A stretch of 64,000 bases of DNA, from assembly GCA_965214935.1 (NCBI GenBank), contig CBDCCS010000022.1, forward strand, positions 64,001-128,000. The letters run 5' to 3'. The position numbers were made by a program, and so were the translations under genes. The notes below the pieces were generated by a model. It saw only the letters and a program-made list of their open reading frames with translations. It had not been told where the DNA came from and did not search any database. Positions within the stretch are counted from its first letter, which is position 1, and every line of letters begins with the position of its first letter. Source of the stretch: Candidatus Velthaea sp. GTDB lineage: Bacteria; Vulcanimicrobiota; Vulcanimicrobiia; Vulcanimicrobiales; Vulcanimicrobiaceae. Shown in pieces: positions 1 through 9,810 of the stretch.

Positions 1-2
1 CG

Positions 3-1811
3 GCCTTTCTGGCGCAGACGTCGGTTACTCCGCTGCTCGATCGGCACGGCGGCGCGGGCGGTTTCGCCGTCGTCGTTCACGATGCCACCGAAAGTCATGC
101 AGCGATCGTCGCTCTACGTGTGCGCGAAGAAAAACTGCGTTCGCTTGTCGACAGCGTCGGTTCGTACGCGATTCTGTCGATCGAACCCGACGGCACGATC
201 GGTAGTTGGAATGCCGGTGCTCGAGCGACGTTCGGCTATACCGACGCCGAGATCGTCGGACGTCCGTTTGCGACGTTGTTCACGGCCGACGATCGCGCCG
301 CGGGCGTTCCGCAAAAAGAACTTCGCAACGCTTTGGGGCACGGCAGTGCGCTCGTCGAACGCTGGCTCGTCCGCAAAGATGCTTCGCGCTTTCTTGCCGG
401 CGGCCGCTGCAGCGTCCGTCAAGCCGGCGCCGCTGGCAAGCCTGCGGGCTTCGTCCTCATAACGCACGACGTTACCGAGCGCACTCGCTTGGGTGACGAG
501 TTGCGGCGGAACGCAACAAGCGACCCGTTGACGAATCTGCTTAATCGAACGGCGTTTCTCGAACATGTGAATCGGGCGATTGGCTCGATGAAGCGCCGCA
601 GCACAAACATGTTCGGCGTCTTATTTATCGACCTCGACCGCTTTAAATCGATCAACGACAATTTCGGTCATGCGACCGGCGATGCACTTCTGGCGTTGAC
701 CGCTCGCCGTTTGGAACAATGCGTGCGTTCGGGCGACATCGTTGCCCGCTTCGGCGGTGACGAGTTTGCCATTCTGCTCAATGGTATCGACGGGCTCAGC
801 GATGCGCACGATGCAGCCGACCGCATCGGGCTTGCGATGGCTGCACCGGTAACGATTCACGACTGCGATCTTCGTGCGACGGCAAGCGTCGGGATTGCGC
901 TCGGCAGTACGACGTATGCCAAAGCCGAGGATGTCCTCGCCGATGCGGATGCGGCGATGTACGCGGCAAAATCGCGTGGCCGCGCTCGCACGACGGTGTT
1001 TGATTCCTCGATGCGGATTCGTAACCGGCGAACCGAAGATCTCGACACCGAAATGCGGCATGCCGTCGAACGCAACGAGTTGCGCATCGCGTATCAACCG
1101 ATCGTCGAGCTTTCCGGCGGCGCGCTCGCAGGGTTCGAAGCACTCGTTCGCTGGCAACATCCGCGGCGCGGTCTGCTCGCGCCGGCTGCATTCATTCCGA
1201 TCGCCGAGCAGACAGATGCAGTCGTTGCGATCGATAGCTGGGTTCTCGGTACGGCCTGCGGACAACTCAAGCAATGGCAACGCGAGCACGGCGCATCGTT
1301 GCATATGAGCGTTAATTTCTCGAGCAAACACTTTGCGCGGGCCGATGTGCTCGACCGGCTTGCCGCGATCGTCGACGCAGCGGGCGTGGCGCCCGCTTCG
1401 TTGCGCATTGAGGTAACGGAAACGGCGATGCTCGATCGTTCGCAGCGCACGTTGAACGTCCTGAACGAGATTCGCAAACGCGGCTTTAAGTTGCAGGTCG
1501 ACGACTTCGGCATCGGCTATTCTTCGCTCTCGCTACTGCAGTTTTTGCCGATCGACGGGCTCAAGATCGACCGTTCGTTTGTGGCCGAATTGCACACCGC
1601 AAGCGGTGCGGAGATCGTTCGCAGCGTTATCACGCTAGCTCACAATCTCGGCTTCGTTGCGGTCGCTGAAGGTATCGAAACCGCAGCGCAACTGCGCCGC
1701 TTGCGCGAGCTCGAGTGCGAGCTCGGCCAAGGCGTCTTCTTCTGCGGACCGCTCGATCCGCCGGCGGCCGATGAATATTTGCGGACCGCACAAATAGCCG
1801 CCGCCGGCTAG
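3..1811 (+). CDS. PAS-GGDEF-EAL diguanylate cyclase/phosphodiesterase (5' partial)
   Basis: Frame is open back to the window edge (AFLAQTSVTPLLDRHGGAGGFAVVVHDATE, a PAC-like end). Then a PAS domain, RSGD I-site + GGDEF, and EAL, EVTE, DDFGIGYSS, KID and EGIE motifs. Confidence 0.95.
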   Translation, partial: AFLAQTSVTPLLDRHGGAGGFAVVVHDATESHAAIVALRVREEKLRSLVDSVGSYAILSIEPDGTIGSWNAGARATFGYTDAEIVGRPFATLFTADDRAAGVPQKELRNALGHGSALVERWLVRKDASRFLAGGRCSVRQAGAAGKPAGFVLITHDVTERTRLGDELRRNATSDPLTNLLNRTAFLEHVNRAIGSMKRRSTNMFGVLFIDLDRFKSINDNFGHATGDALLALTARRLEQCVRSGDIVARFGGDEFAILLNGIDGLSDAHDAADRIGLAMAAPVTIHDCDLRATASVGIALGSTTYAKAEDVLADADAAMYAAKSRGRARTTVFDSSMRIRNRRTEDLDTEMRHAVERNELRIAYQPIVELSGGALAGFEALVRWQHPRRGLLAPAAFIPIAEQTDAVVAIDSWVLGTACGQLKQWQREHGASLHMSVNFSSKHFARADVLDRLAAIVDAAGVAPASLRIEVTETAMLDRSQRTLNVLNEIRKRGFKLQVDDFGIGYSSLSLLQFLPIDGLKIDRSFVAELHTASGAEIVRSVITLAHNLGFVAVAEGIETAAQLRRLRELECELGQGVFFCGPLDPPAADEYLRTAQIAAAG

Positions 1812-2159
1812 CCGGCCGCGTCATCCGATCGGCTCAGGCACGGTCGCGATCTTCGTCCGTTCGGAGGCTGCCGCTCTTGAAGCAGCGCGTAAGATGCAGG
1901 TATGTTCGCGTGGTTACAGCTTGGCGTTCTTCGCGTTCTTCTGACCGCGCTAACGCCGTTACTGGGCCGGCCCGAATCTGGAAGGCAAGGAGGTCCGCTT
2001 CGTCGGTACCGGCAGCGCGATCTCCGTCGCCGTCGCCACCGACACGTCGAGCGGCGCGGCGGATGTCGCCTACGATTCGCTCATGCCGGACACATGTTTT
2101 AGACGGACGGCTTTGGCGTGCTGCAAAGGCCGCGACGGCGGCCTCAAGAAGCAGCCGTC

Positions 2160-3737
2160 GTGCCACGTGATGTTAACGGCAGCGGCATCCCGCTCGAACC
2201 GTATTACGATGAACTGGCCGGCTCGACGCCGCGGCCCCAACCCGGCAGCTTTCCGTATACGCGCGGCATTCGCGCGGATATGTACCGCGCGCGGCCGTGG
2301 ACGATGCGTCAATACGCCGGTTTTGCGACGGCCGCCGAGTCGAATGCGCGCTACCGTTATCTGCTGGCACGCGGCACGACCGGTTTATCGGTGGCCTTCG
2401 ATTTGGTGACGCAACTCGGCCTTGACTCTGATGCGCCGGCGGCGCGCGGCGAAGTCGGCAAAGTCGGCGTCGCGATCGATTGTCTGGCCGATGTCCAAAC
2501 GCTGTTCGCCGATATTCCGCTCGATGCCGTGACGGTATCGATGACCATTAACGCACCCGCCGCGATCATGCTCGCCTTGCTGCTTGCGACGGCGCGCCGG
2601 CGCGGCATCCCGTTCGGCCGGCTCGGCGGTACGATTCAGAACGACGTGCTCAAAGAGTACGTCGCGCGCGGCACGTACATTTTTCCGCCCGAGCCGTCGA
2701 TGCGTTTGGTTACCGACGTCATGGCGTATTGCGCCGAAGCGGTGCCGCAGTGGAACACGATCTCCGTCTCCGGTTATCACATCCGTGAAGCCGGCTCGAC
2801 CGCGCTACAAGAGCTGGCATTCACCCTTGCCAACGGCAAAGCGTATCTTGCAGCAGCGGTGCGGGCGGGGTTAACGGTCGACACCGTCGCGCCGCGCATG
2901 TCGTTTTTCTGGAACGCGCACAACGATTTCTTCGAAGAGATTGCAAAGTTTCGCGCGGCGCGCGCGCTGTGGGCGCAGATCGTTCGCGATGACTTCGGCT
3001 CGCACGATCCGCGCTCGCAGATGCTGCGCTTTCATACGCAAACCGGCGGTTCGACCTTGACCGCGCAAGAACCGGAGAATAACGTCGTGCGCGTGACGCT
3101 GCAAGCGCTCGCAGCGGTCCTGGGCGGGACGCAATCGCTGCACGCCAACGGTGCCGATGAGGCACTCGGCTTACCGACCGCCGCATCGGCGCGCGTCGCC
3201 CTACGCACGCAGCAAATCATCGCATTCGAGAGCGGCGTGACCGACGTCGGCGATCCGCTCGGCGGATCGTATTACGTCGAGGCATTGACCGATGAACTGA
3301 TTGCCCGCACGCGCGAACTGCTGGCGCAAATCGAAGCACTGGGTGGCGCCGTTCGGGCGGTCGAAACGGGTTGGATGCAAGAACAGATCGGTGAATCCGC
3401 GTATCGTGCGCAGCAAGCGATCGAACGGGGTGACAGCGTCGTCGTCGGCGTCAATCGCTTTGCCGACGGCATGCCGGACGAGCGTTCGATTCCGATCGAG
3501 CGTATCGCGCCGGGCATCGAACGCGAACAAGTCGAACGGTTGCGCGCATTCCGCGCCGCGCGCGATGCAACGGCGGTGCGCGAACGGCTCGACGACGTAC
3601 GCAACGCCGCAGCGGGAACGGCAAATCTCATGCCGGCGTTCATCGAAGCAGTGGATAGCGGTGCAACGTTAGGTGAGATCTGCGACGTCTTGCGCAGCGT
3701 CTTCGGCACGCACGTCGCGCGCGAGCGTATTGCATGA
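2160..3737 (+). CDS. Methylmalonyl-CoA mutase, substrate-binding (large) subunit of a split enzyme
   Basis: [15 protein letters not shown] (Tyr typical of MCM), [27 protein letters not shown]. No C-terminal DxHxxG B12-binding domain. Start taken as GTG 2160; the ORF is open from 2118. Confidence 0.93.
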   Translation: MPRDVNGSGIPLEPYYDELAGSTPRPQPGSFPYTRGIRADMYRARPWTMRQYAGFATAAESNARYRYLLARGTTGLSVAFDLVTQLGLDSDAPAARGEVGKVGVAIDCLADVQTLFADIPLDAVTVSMTINAPAAIMLALLLATARRRGIPFGRLGGTIQNDVLKEYVARGTYIFPPEPSMRLVTDVMAYCAEAVPQWNTISVSGYHIREAGSTALQELAFTLANGKAYLAAAVRAGLTVDTVAPRMSFFWNAHNDFFEEIAKFRAARALWAQIVRDDFGSHDPRSQMLRFHTQTGGSTLTAQEPENNVVRVTLQALAAVLGGTQSLHANGADEALGLPTAASARVALRTQQIIAFESGVTDVGDPLGGSYYVEALTDELIARTRELLAQIEALGGAVRAVETGWMQEQIGESAYRAQQAIERGDSVVVGVNRFADGMPDERSIPIERIAPGIEREQVERLRAFRAARDATAVRERLDDVRNAAAGTANLMPAFIEAVDSGATLGEICDVLRSVFGTHVARERIA

Positions 3738-4138
3738 TCGATGCGCCGATCGATCATATTGCAATTGTCGTCGCCGATCTGCCCCAAGCGCTTGCGCTCT
3801 ACACGCAGACCCTCGGTTTTCACGTCGTTTACCAAGAGATCGTTGCCGATCAAGGTGTGGAAGCCGTCGGTCTACGCAGCGGCGAATCGACGATCGAACT
3901 TCTGCGGCCGCTCGACGAGACGTCGCCCGTCGCAGTTTTCCGCGGCACCGCGCCGTCGAAGTTGCATCACACCGCATTTCGCGTGACCGATCTTGGGGCG
4001 GAACTCCGGCAGCTCCGCGCGGCGGGCGTGCGATTGATCGATGAAACACCGCGCCGTGGTGCACATGGAACGATCGTCGCGTTTTTGCATCCGAAATCAA
4101 CCGGCGGCGTTTTGATCGAACTGTGTCAGCGCGCTTGA
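3734..4138 (+). CDS. mce: Methylmalonyl-CoA epimerase (VOC family)
   Basis: [36 protein letters not shown]. Start overlaps the mutase stop (ATGA). Confidence 0.92.
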   Translation: MIDAPIDHIAIVVADLPQALALYTQTLGFHVVYQEIVADQGVEAVGLRSGESTIELLRPLDETSPVAVFRGTAPSKLHHTAFRVTDLGAELRQLRAAGVRLIDETPRRGAHGTIVAFLHPKSTGGVLIELCQRA

Positions 4139-5025
4139 CGCGCACGATTCGGCTCGGAGCGATCGCCGGCGCCTTGCTGCTCGCAATCGTACCGGCGCTG
4201 CCGCTGCAAGCCGATGTGCCCGGCGATCCCGATCAAATCTTTCGCGCGGCTCGGCGAGCCTGGTCGTTCACCAACTACGCGCGTTACGCGACGTACACGA
4301 CCGTCGCCAAATTCCGCAATGGTACGACCAAGGTCCAGCGTCATTACGATACGCTCGAAGATACGCGCCGCGCACTCGTGTTCGCGCGCACGTTCAGCCA
4401 TGAAGAGATTGCCGATCCGTCGATTCCGCACGGCATTGATATCCGTGTCGGAAGCATCAACAATCAAGGCGGCGTGAAAGCCAATGCCGAGCACAACGAC
4501 GATCGCATCGGTCCGCTCGCACTCGCCGTCAGCTACGATTTCGGCATCTCCTTACTGCCGCAGAAAACAACGGTCGTGAGCTCGAGCAGAGACATCGAAT
4601 TTCCACCCAGCTTGCCGGTCATCGGGACGACGACGACGGCGACCCAACAATACACCGTCCGGCTCATCGACATGCTCGATGCCGGAAAGACGTATCACAT
4701 CGGCTTAACGCCGGCGCGCGATCCGGGCCGGTTGCGCCTGCGTGAAATGTGGATCGCGGCCGGTACGTACATCACCCAGCGAATTTTGATTGCCGGTAAT
4801 TTCAGCGGCGATCCGTATACGAACGTCCCGTGGCTCGTCGAGTTCGTGCAAGTCGGCGGCGCATCGTACATCCGGCGCGAGACGGCCGAAGCACCGCTGG
4901 ATTTCGACGACGTTTCGCTGCCCAACGTCGTCATCAGCTTCGAGGATCTGCAATTGCTGGGCGCGCTGCCGCGCTACGGCGCCTTGGGTGCCAACGATAG
5001 CTCGAAAGCCGTCAGCGAACCGTAG
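4123..5025 (+). CDS. Exported hypothetical protein, paralogue 1 of a tandem pair
   Basis: Signal peptide (LGAIAGALLLAIVPALPLQA). Collinear similarity to the next ORF. Confidence 0.8.
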   Translation: MSARLTRTIRLGAIAGALLLAIVPALPLQADVPGDPDQIFRAARRAWSFTNYARYATYTTVAKFRNGTTKVQRHYDTLEDTRRALVFARTFSHEEIADPSIPHGIDIRVGSINNQGGVKANAEHNDDRIGPLALAVSYDFGISLLPQKTTVVSSSRDIEFPPSLPVIGTTTTATQQYTVRLIDMLDAGKTYHIGLTPARDPGRLRLREMWIAAGTYITQRILIAGNFSGDPYTNVPWLVEFVQVGGASYIRRETAEAPLDFDDVSLPNVVISFEDLQLLGALPRYGALGANDSSKAVSEP

Positions 5026-5065
5026 CCGGCAGAAACGGGCGCCGGACTGCGCGCGTTCATTGCCG

Positions 5066-5941
5066 GTGAAGGTTCTCTTACGCGCGTCGTTCGCGCTCGC
5101 GTTCGTCGCCGCCGTGGCCGGTCGGGCGGCGGCGCAAGTGCCGGCCGCCGACCCGCAAGCGATCTACGAATCGGCGCGTAGCGCGTGGGCGTACACGTCA
5201 TATCCGCGCTACGCGCAATATGCCGTCAGCGTCCGCTACCGTAGCGGCGAGAAGAACGTCGTGCGGCATTACGATACGCTCGAAGACTTGCGCCGCGGAA
5301 TCGTGTTTCCGCACGCCTTTAGCCGCGAAGAAACGGCGAATCCGAGCTTCCCGCCCGGCGGCGTCAATATCGGCATCTTGGGCGCGACGCTCAACGAGCC
5401 GCAGAGCGACGATCCGATCGGGCCGCTCGCCCTTGCCGTTACCTACGATTTCGGGTTGTCGCGCTCACCGGTCACCACGCAGGTGGCACAAATGGGCTCG
5501 GAGATCACCGCGCCCAGCCGCCTGCAAGTTATCGGGCGAAGCGGTATGAGTGTGCGAACGTATGCGGTGCGCCTCATCGAGATGCTCGATAACGGCAAGA
5601 CCTACCACCTCGGTTTAACGCCGCTGCGCGACGCCAAGCACTTTCGGCTCCGCGAGTTGTGGGTAACGGCCGGGACGTTCGTGACGCAGCGAGCGCTCGT
5701 CGCCGGTAACTTCGCGCGTTCGCCGTACACCGAAGTCGGCTGGCTGATCAGCTTCACTCAGATTGACGGCGGCCCGTATATTGCGTCGGAACGCGCGCAG
5801 GGGCCGTTAGATTTCGGCGATGCAGGATCGCTTGAAGACGTAACGATTGCATTCGAGGAACTTAAATCAACCAACGCCCTGCCGCCGTATGGAACGGTCG
5901 GTATCAACGGCGGTACGCCCGAGTTCGTCACCGAGCCTTAG
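5066..5941 (+). CDS. Exported hypothetical protein, paralogue 2 of a tandem pair
   Basis: GTG start gives a signal peptide (MKVLLRASFALAFVAAVAGRAAA). Shares HYDTLED, IGPLALAVxYDFG, GKTYHxGLTP, RLRExW, AGNF and PLDF with the upstream ORF. Confidence 0.8.
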   Translation: MKVLLRASFALAFVAAVAGRAAAQVPAADPQAIYESARSAWAYTSYPRYAQYAVSVRYRSGEKNVVRHYDTLEDLRRGIVFPHAFSREETANPSFPPGGVNIGILGATLNEPQSDDPIGPLALAVTYDFGLSRSPVTTQVAQMGSEITAPSRLQVIGRSGMSVRTYAVRLIEMLDNGKTYHLGLTPLRDAKHFRLRELWVTAGTFVTQRALVAGNFARSPYTEVGWLISFTQIDGGPYIASERAQGPLDFGDAGSLEDVTIAFEELKSTNALPPYGTVGINGGTPEFVTEP

Positions 5942-7490
5942 CCGGCGCGTCGCGCAAGCGAATGTCCAGTTCGGTCTCGAACGTTCGGTCCCACGGTAAC
6001 GTGATCGTCAGCCCGCCGTCACGGTACTGCGGATAGATGGTTGCAAGCAACGCAAGGCTGCGCGGCCATAAATCCGCGCGATCGGCCCAACCGGCCTGTT
6101 CGGCGACGATCGGCAGCAGGTAGGTGTGATCGGCGATGCCCCGCCGGACCAATAGCCGGTTGATCGCCGGGCGGGTGTAAGCGTGAAAGGCATAATCATC
6201 GGCATAGCGATCGAGCATGAATTGAGCGTGAGCGCGCGGATCGTAGGTGCCCATTCGCTCGCCGGCAACGACGGCAACCGCTGCAGGAATCGCCGTCCCA
6301 AGCGTGTTCGCCGTCGTGTTCCAAGAGGCAAAACCGGCGATTTTCCCGGCGATACGGCGGCGTAACAACTCATCGACGAGCGCGCGCTGCTGAACGTAAT
6401 CGTCCTGTGCAAGAAACGTCAAGTCGGCAACGGCCGCCGGGCGGCCGTTCTGAACCGCGGTCTGCAGCGCGTCGACGAATGCGCGCTCGTCCGATGCAAG
6501 CGTACCCGGGACGCGGACGAAAAGCTCGATATCCGCATCCGGCAGCGTGGCGGTCCGGCGTGCTCCGGACGCGTGAATGAGCGCGTCGACCGTGCTATCG
6601 ATCGGGTTGAATTCGAGCGGGTCGTTGAGCGCACCGCCGGCAGACGTCGAGTACGTGACGGCAATGCGCGGCACGAACGCGGCTTGTCGCGCTAGCGCTG
6701 CGCCGACGAGCGCCATGGCCAGCTCGTCCGCACCGGGCTCGATCGATCCGACCGCGCCGAGCGACCACTGATGAAGATACGCGCGCAGGGCGGCAAGATC
6801 GCGTAAATGCAGACCGACCGGACCGGCATCGTCCTGGCCTAAAATGAGCCGGTCGAAGCCGCCCTCGGCGAGCAGTTGCAACTCGAAGAGATCGACGTCC
6901 CGGTCGCGTGCGCGCGTTGCGAGGTACGAAACAAGCGTCGGTCCCGCTGCGGCCCGCACGCGCAGCGCCGTTGCGCGGTCGGCCGGAGCGACCGGCGGAT
7001 CGGGCAAATTCGCGTACTTCTGGATAAGCGGCCAGGCCGCACCTGCGGCGAAAAAGCCGCTGGCCGAACCCGCTTGCGGGACGCCCGTCGGCGCTAAGCG
7101 CATGACGGTGCCGAACGCGCTGAATGCCGCCGCCGCCCGCGTTGCGCGGAAGTCGGCTAACCGGCGTAAACGCGCAAGCGCTAAAAACTCCGGCGTTTGC
7201 GGCGTTCGCGATGCGATGAGTCCGCCGTAAGCGAGCATATCGGCCGAGACGATAAAAGCGCTCGCGTCGGGCGGTGACTCCCGCACGAGCCACCGTGCGA
7301 CGGCGTCGGGATCGCCGAAACGCAGGTAGTTACCTAAGATGACGCGCGGCGGTTCGGCAACCCGAACGCCGGCAATGGCGCCGAGCATTCGCGGTAGCTG
7401 CAAAGTCACGGGCCGGTCGTCGAGCGGAACGACGACGAAGGTCGTGGCCAGCAGGCCGCTGACGAGCGAAAGGAGACCGGCGATGTTCAC
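5928..7490 (-). CDS. DUF4127 family protein
   Basis: PLDDRP, SADMLAYGGLIASR, GQDD, PGADE, SWNTTANTLG and LPWDRTFE motifs. Probable GTG start at 7490. Confidence 0.8.
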   Translation of the reverse strand: MNIAGLLSLVSGLLATTFVVVPLDDRPVTLQLPRMLGAIAGVRVAEPPRVILGNYLRFGDPDAVARWLVRESPPDASAFIVSADMLAYGGLIASRTPQTPEFLALARLRRLADFRATRAAAAFSAFGTVMRLAPTGVPQAGSASGFFAAGAAWPLIQKYANLPDPPVAPADRATALRVRAAAGPTLVSYLATRARDRDVDLFELQLLAEGGFDRLILGQDDAGPVGLHLRDLAALRAYLHQWSLGAVGSIEPGADELAMALVGAALARQAAFVPRIAVTYSTSAGGALNDPLEFNPIDSTVDALIHASGARRTATLPDADIELFVRVPGTLASDERAFVDALQTAVQNGRPAAVADLTFLAQDDYVQQRALVDELLRRRIAGKIAGFASWNTTANTLGTAIPAAVAVVAGERMGTYDPRAHAQFMLDRYADDYAFHAYTRPAINRLLVRRGIADHTYLLPIVAEQAGWADRADLWPRSLALLATIYPQYRDGGLTITLPWDRTFETELDIRLRDAPAKAR

Positions 7491-7608
7491 TGCCCGGCGA
7501 CTTCGCGATTGCAACGGCCGATCTTGGGTTGCAGCGCACGCCTTGACCGGCCGCCGCAACCCGAACGTAAGCCGCAGCACTGTCCTAACGGTGGAACGCA
7601 CCCACGCC

Positions 7609-8058
7609 ATGGGAATAGCCTTCGATGCTATGCCGTTACCCGTCGAGTGCCGTACGATGGCCGGCCCCGAACGCTTCGATGCCTTTGCCCTCATGCAACA
7701 GTTTTGCAGCGATCACCAGCGCTTGAGCGACGCGCTCAGCCTGTATGTTGACCGTGAAGATTACGGCTTTGTGTGGCTGGCATACCGCGAAGACGTTGCC
7801 GTCGGCTGCTGTTCGGTCGGCTATGCGATTGCGCCGGATGCCGGCGGACTCATCGCACTCGTTCGCGACGTTTTTGTTCGGCCCGACTCACGACGCAGCG
7901 GTGTTGGCGCAGGGATGCTCGATGCACTCGAGGCGCGGCTTGCGGCGCTGCCGATCGCCCGCATCGAAACGCCGGCAACGACCGGTGCGCTCGCGACGTT
8001 CCTCACGACGCGCGGTTACCGAGCGACAGACCGGCGGTTGTTCACGCAGGACCGATAA
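7609..8058 (+). CDS. GNAT family N-acetyltransferase
   Basis: DVFVRPDSRRSGVG acetyl-CoA motif A and C-terminal FLTTRGY. Start uncertain (7609 or 7630). Confidence 0.75.
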   Translation: MGIAFDAMPLPVECRTMAGPERFDAFALMQQFCSDHQRLSDALSLYVDREDYGFVWLAYREDVAVGCCSVGYAIAPDAGGLIALVRDVFVRPDSRRSGVGAGMLDALEARLAALPIARIETPATTGALATFLTTRGYRATDRRLFTQDR

Positions 8059-8920
8059 GCGCGGCAAGACGGCCGTTCACCCTGCGTAAAGCAGCTTCGG
8101 CGCTCGGACGGTCGCAACCAAGCCGGCTCATGACGACGGCGGTTTTCACCCGGCCGCCGGCCCGCTGCAACAGCATCGCCGGCTCGGAATCGACGGTGAA
8201 CTCACGAATGAGCCGCTGCGCCCGGTCGCGCAGCTTTGCGTTCGTCGCAACGACGTCGATCATGCGATTGCCGTATGTCTTCCCGAGCTTGATCATCGCG
8301 CCGGTCGAGATCGTATTGAGCGCGATCTTCTGCGCCGTCCCGGCGACCAGCCGAGTCGAGCCGGCGATCGGTTCCGATCCGGTCGCCAGCACGATGGCGA
8401 TGCAGGCCGTCGCGCTCAAGGCGCTCTGCGGCGTATTGCTGATGCCGATGGTCGTTGCGCCCGCCGCGACGGACGCGGCAAGTGCGGCGACGACAAATGC
8501 CGCTCCGCCCGAAGCCGAAACGCCGATCGCCACGTCGCCGGCCGCAACCTCGGCAGCCGCCAACGTGCCGGCGGCCGCATCGTCTTCGGCACCTTCTACC
8601 GCGACGCGCAGCGCCGGCTCGCCGCCGGCAATGACGCCGCGTACCACGAGCGGGTCGATTCCGAACGTCGGCGGCAATTCGGCTGCATCAAGAACCGCAA
8701 GGCGTCCGCTCGTGCCCGCTCCAAAGACGAATAGCCGGCCTCCGCCTGCCAGCGCCGCGGCAACGGCATCGACTGCCGCCGTCAACGGACGGGCGGCCGC
8801 CAGCGCCGCTTCGACCGCGCGCGCGTGCGGTGCAATTAACGCGTGCACGAGGTCGTCGGAGCCGAGCGCATCGATCGCGGCGGTCGCCGGGTCGGCACGT
8901 TCGGTCGGCGGTACATTCAT
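8042..8920 (-). CDS. murQ: N-acetylmuramic acid 6-phosphate etherase
   Basis: GAGTSGRL, DAAELPPTFG, EGAEDD, GSTRLVAGTAQK, NRMIDV, NAKLRDR. Confidence 0.95.
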   Translation of the reverse strand: MNVPPTERADPATAAIDALGSDDLVHALIAPHARAVEAALAAARPLTAAVDAVAAALAGGGRLFVFGAGTSGRLAVLDAAELPPTFGIDPLVVRGVIAGGEPALRVAVEGAEDDAAAGTLAAAEVAAGDVAIGVSASGGAAFVVAALAASVAAGATTIGISNTPQSALSATACIAIVLATGSEPIAGSTRLVAGTAQKIALNTISTGAMIKLGKTYGNRMIDVVATNAKLRDRAQRLIREFTVDSEPAMLLQRAGGRVKTAVVMSRLGCDRPSAEAALRRVNGRLAALIGPA

Positions 8921-9810
8921 GCGGCGCCCGTTTCCGCCAGCCGTAGCGCTCCGCGAACGGGCTCGCTGCCGCGCACAATCGGCGAGCCGGTGAAGTCGCC
9001 GTTGATCCGCGTTTCGAGTAGAAACGTCAGCAAGCTGTTTTCGCGCAAGAGACCGCCGGCTAAGGCGACGGGCACAGCCGCATCGAGCAAACCTGCCCCG
9101 CGGGCGGCCGCTTTGAGCAATTCGCCCAGATCCTTGGCGGCATCCTGAACGATCTTGGTCGCCGCGCGATTGCCTTTTCCGGCAAAGGCGATAATGCTCG
9201 GTGCAAGCGCCGCGGCGACCGTCGGGTCGAGCCGGCTGTCGTAGATTGCGGCATGCAAGGCGGCACGATCGGGCGCGGCAAACGCGCGAGCGACCAGATC
9301 GCTCGTCTCATCGCGCGCTGCGCGGCCGTCAAGCACGCGCGTGTAGAGCCGCAAGGCCGCCCAGCCGATGGCAAAAGCCGAGCCTTCATCTCCAAGCAGG
9401 TGCCCGTGGCCGCCGGCGCGCGCGCTTTGCTCGCCGTTCCGGGCATACGCAATCGAACCGGTTCCGGCGATTAGCACGCTTCCCGGTCCGCTCGGGATCG
9501 CGCCGCGCAAGGCGATGAGCGCATCGTCGCCGACGACGATGTGCGCGGCCGGAAACGCGTGCGCCACCGCAGCTTCCAAAGCACGGGCGATAGCGGGCCG
9601 GGCTGCGCCGGCGGCGCCGATGTAAACGGCATCGGGCGGCAAATCGAGTAGCGCCGCGCGCATAGTTGCAACGATGACGGCGGCCGCTGCGGCGACCCCC
9701 AGCGTCGTAACATTCGCGGCCGCGCCGCGCGCTTCGCGAACGAATGCACCGTCCCGGGAGACGGCCGCGACCGTTGTGGTTCCGCCGGCATCGATGCCGA
9801 TTGCAATCAT
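8917..9810 (-). CDS. BadF/BadG/BcrA/BcrD-family sugar kinase (GlcNAc/MurNAc kinase-like)
   Basis: GIDAGGT, IAGTGSIA, GGHGHLLGDEGSA. Lies between anmK and murQ. Confidence 0.88.
   Translation of the reverse strand: MIAIGIDAGGTTTVAAVSRDGAFVREARGAAANVTTLGVAAAAAVIVATMRAALLDLPPDAVYIGAAGAARPAIARALEAAVAHAFPAAHIVVGDDALIALRGAIPSGPGSVLIAGTGSIAYARNGEQSARAGGHGHLLGDEGSAFAIGWAALRLYTRVLDGRAARDETSDLVARAFAAPDRAALHAAIYDSRLDPTVAAALAPSIIAFAGKGNRAATKIVQDAAKDLGELLKAAARGAGLLDAAVPVALAGGLLRENSLLTFLLETRINGDFTGSPIVRGSEPVRGALRLAETGAA

Noticed and set aside
1971..1982. 12-bp match (CCCGAATCTGGA) to the 3' part of tRNA-Asn at 47064-47075, a possible att repeat
   Set aside because: It is short, lacks the terminal tRNA bases, encloses core genes (mutase, murQ, nagZ) and has no integrase nearby; compatible with chance.
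1812..2159. Possible cobalamin riboswitch or small gene upstream of the mutase
   Set aside because: No recognisable B12-box or conserved core. The short ORFs here lack convincing starts or motifs and may be a gene remnant.
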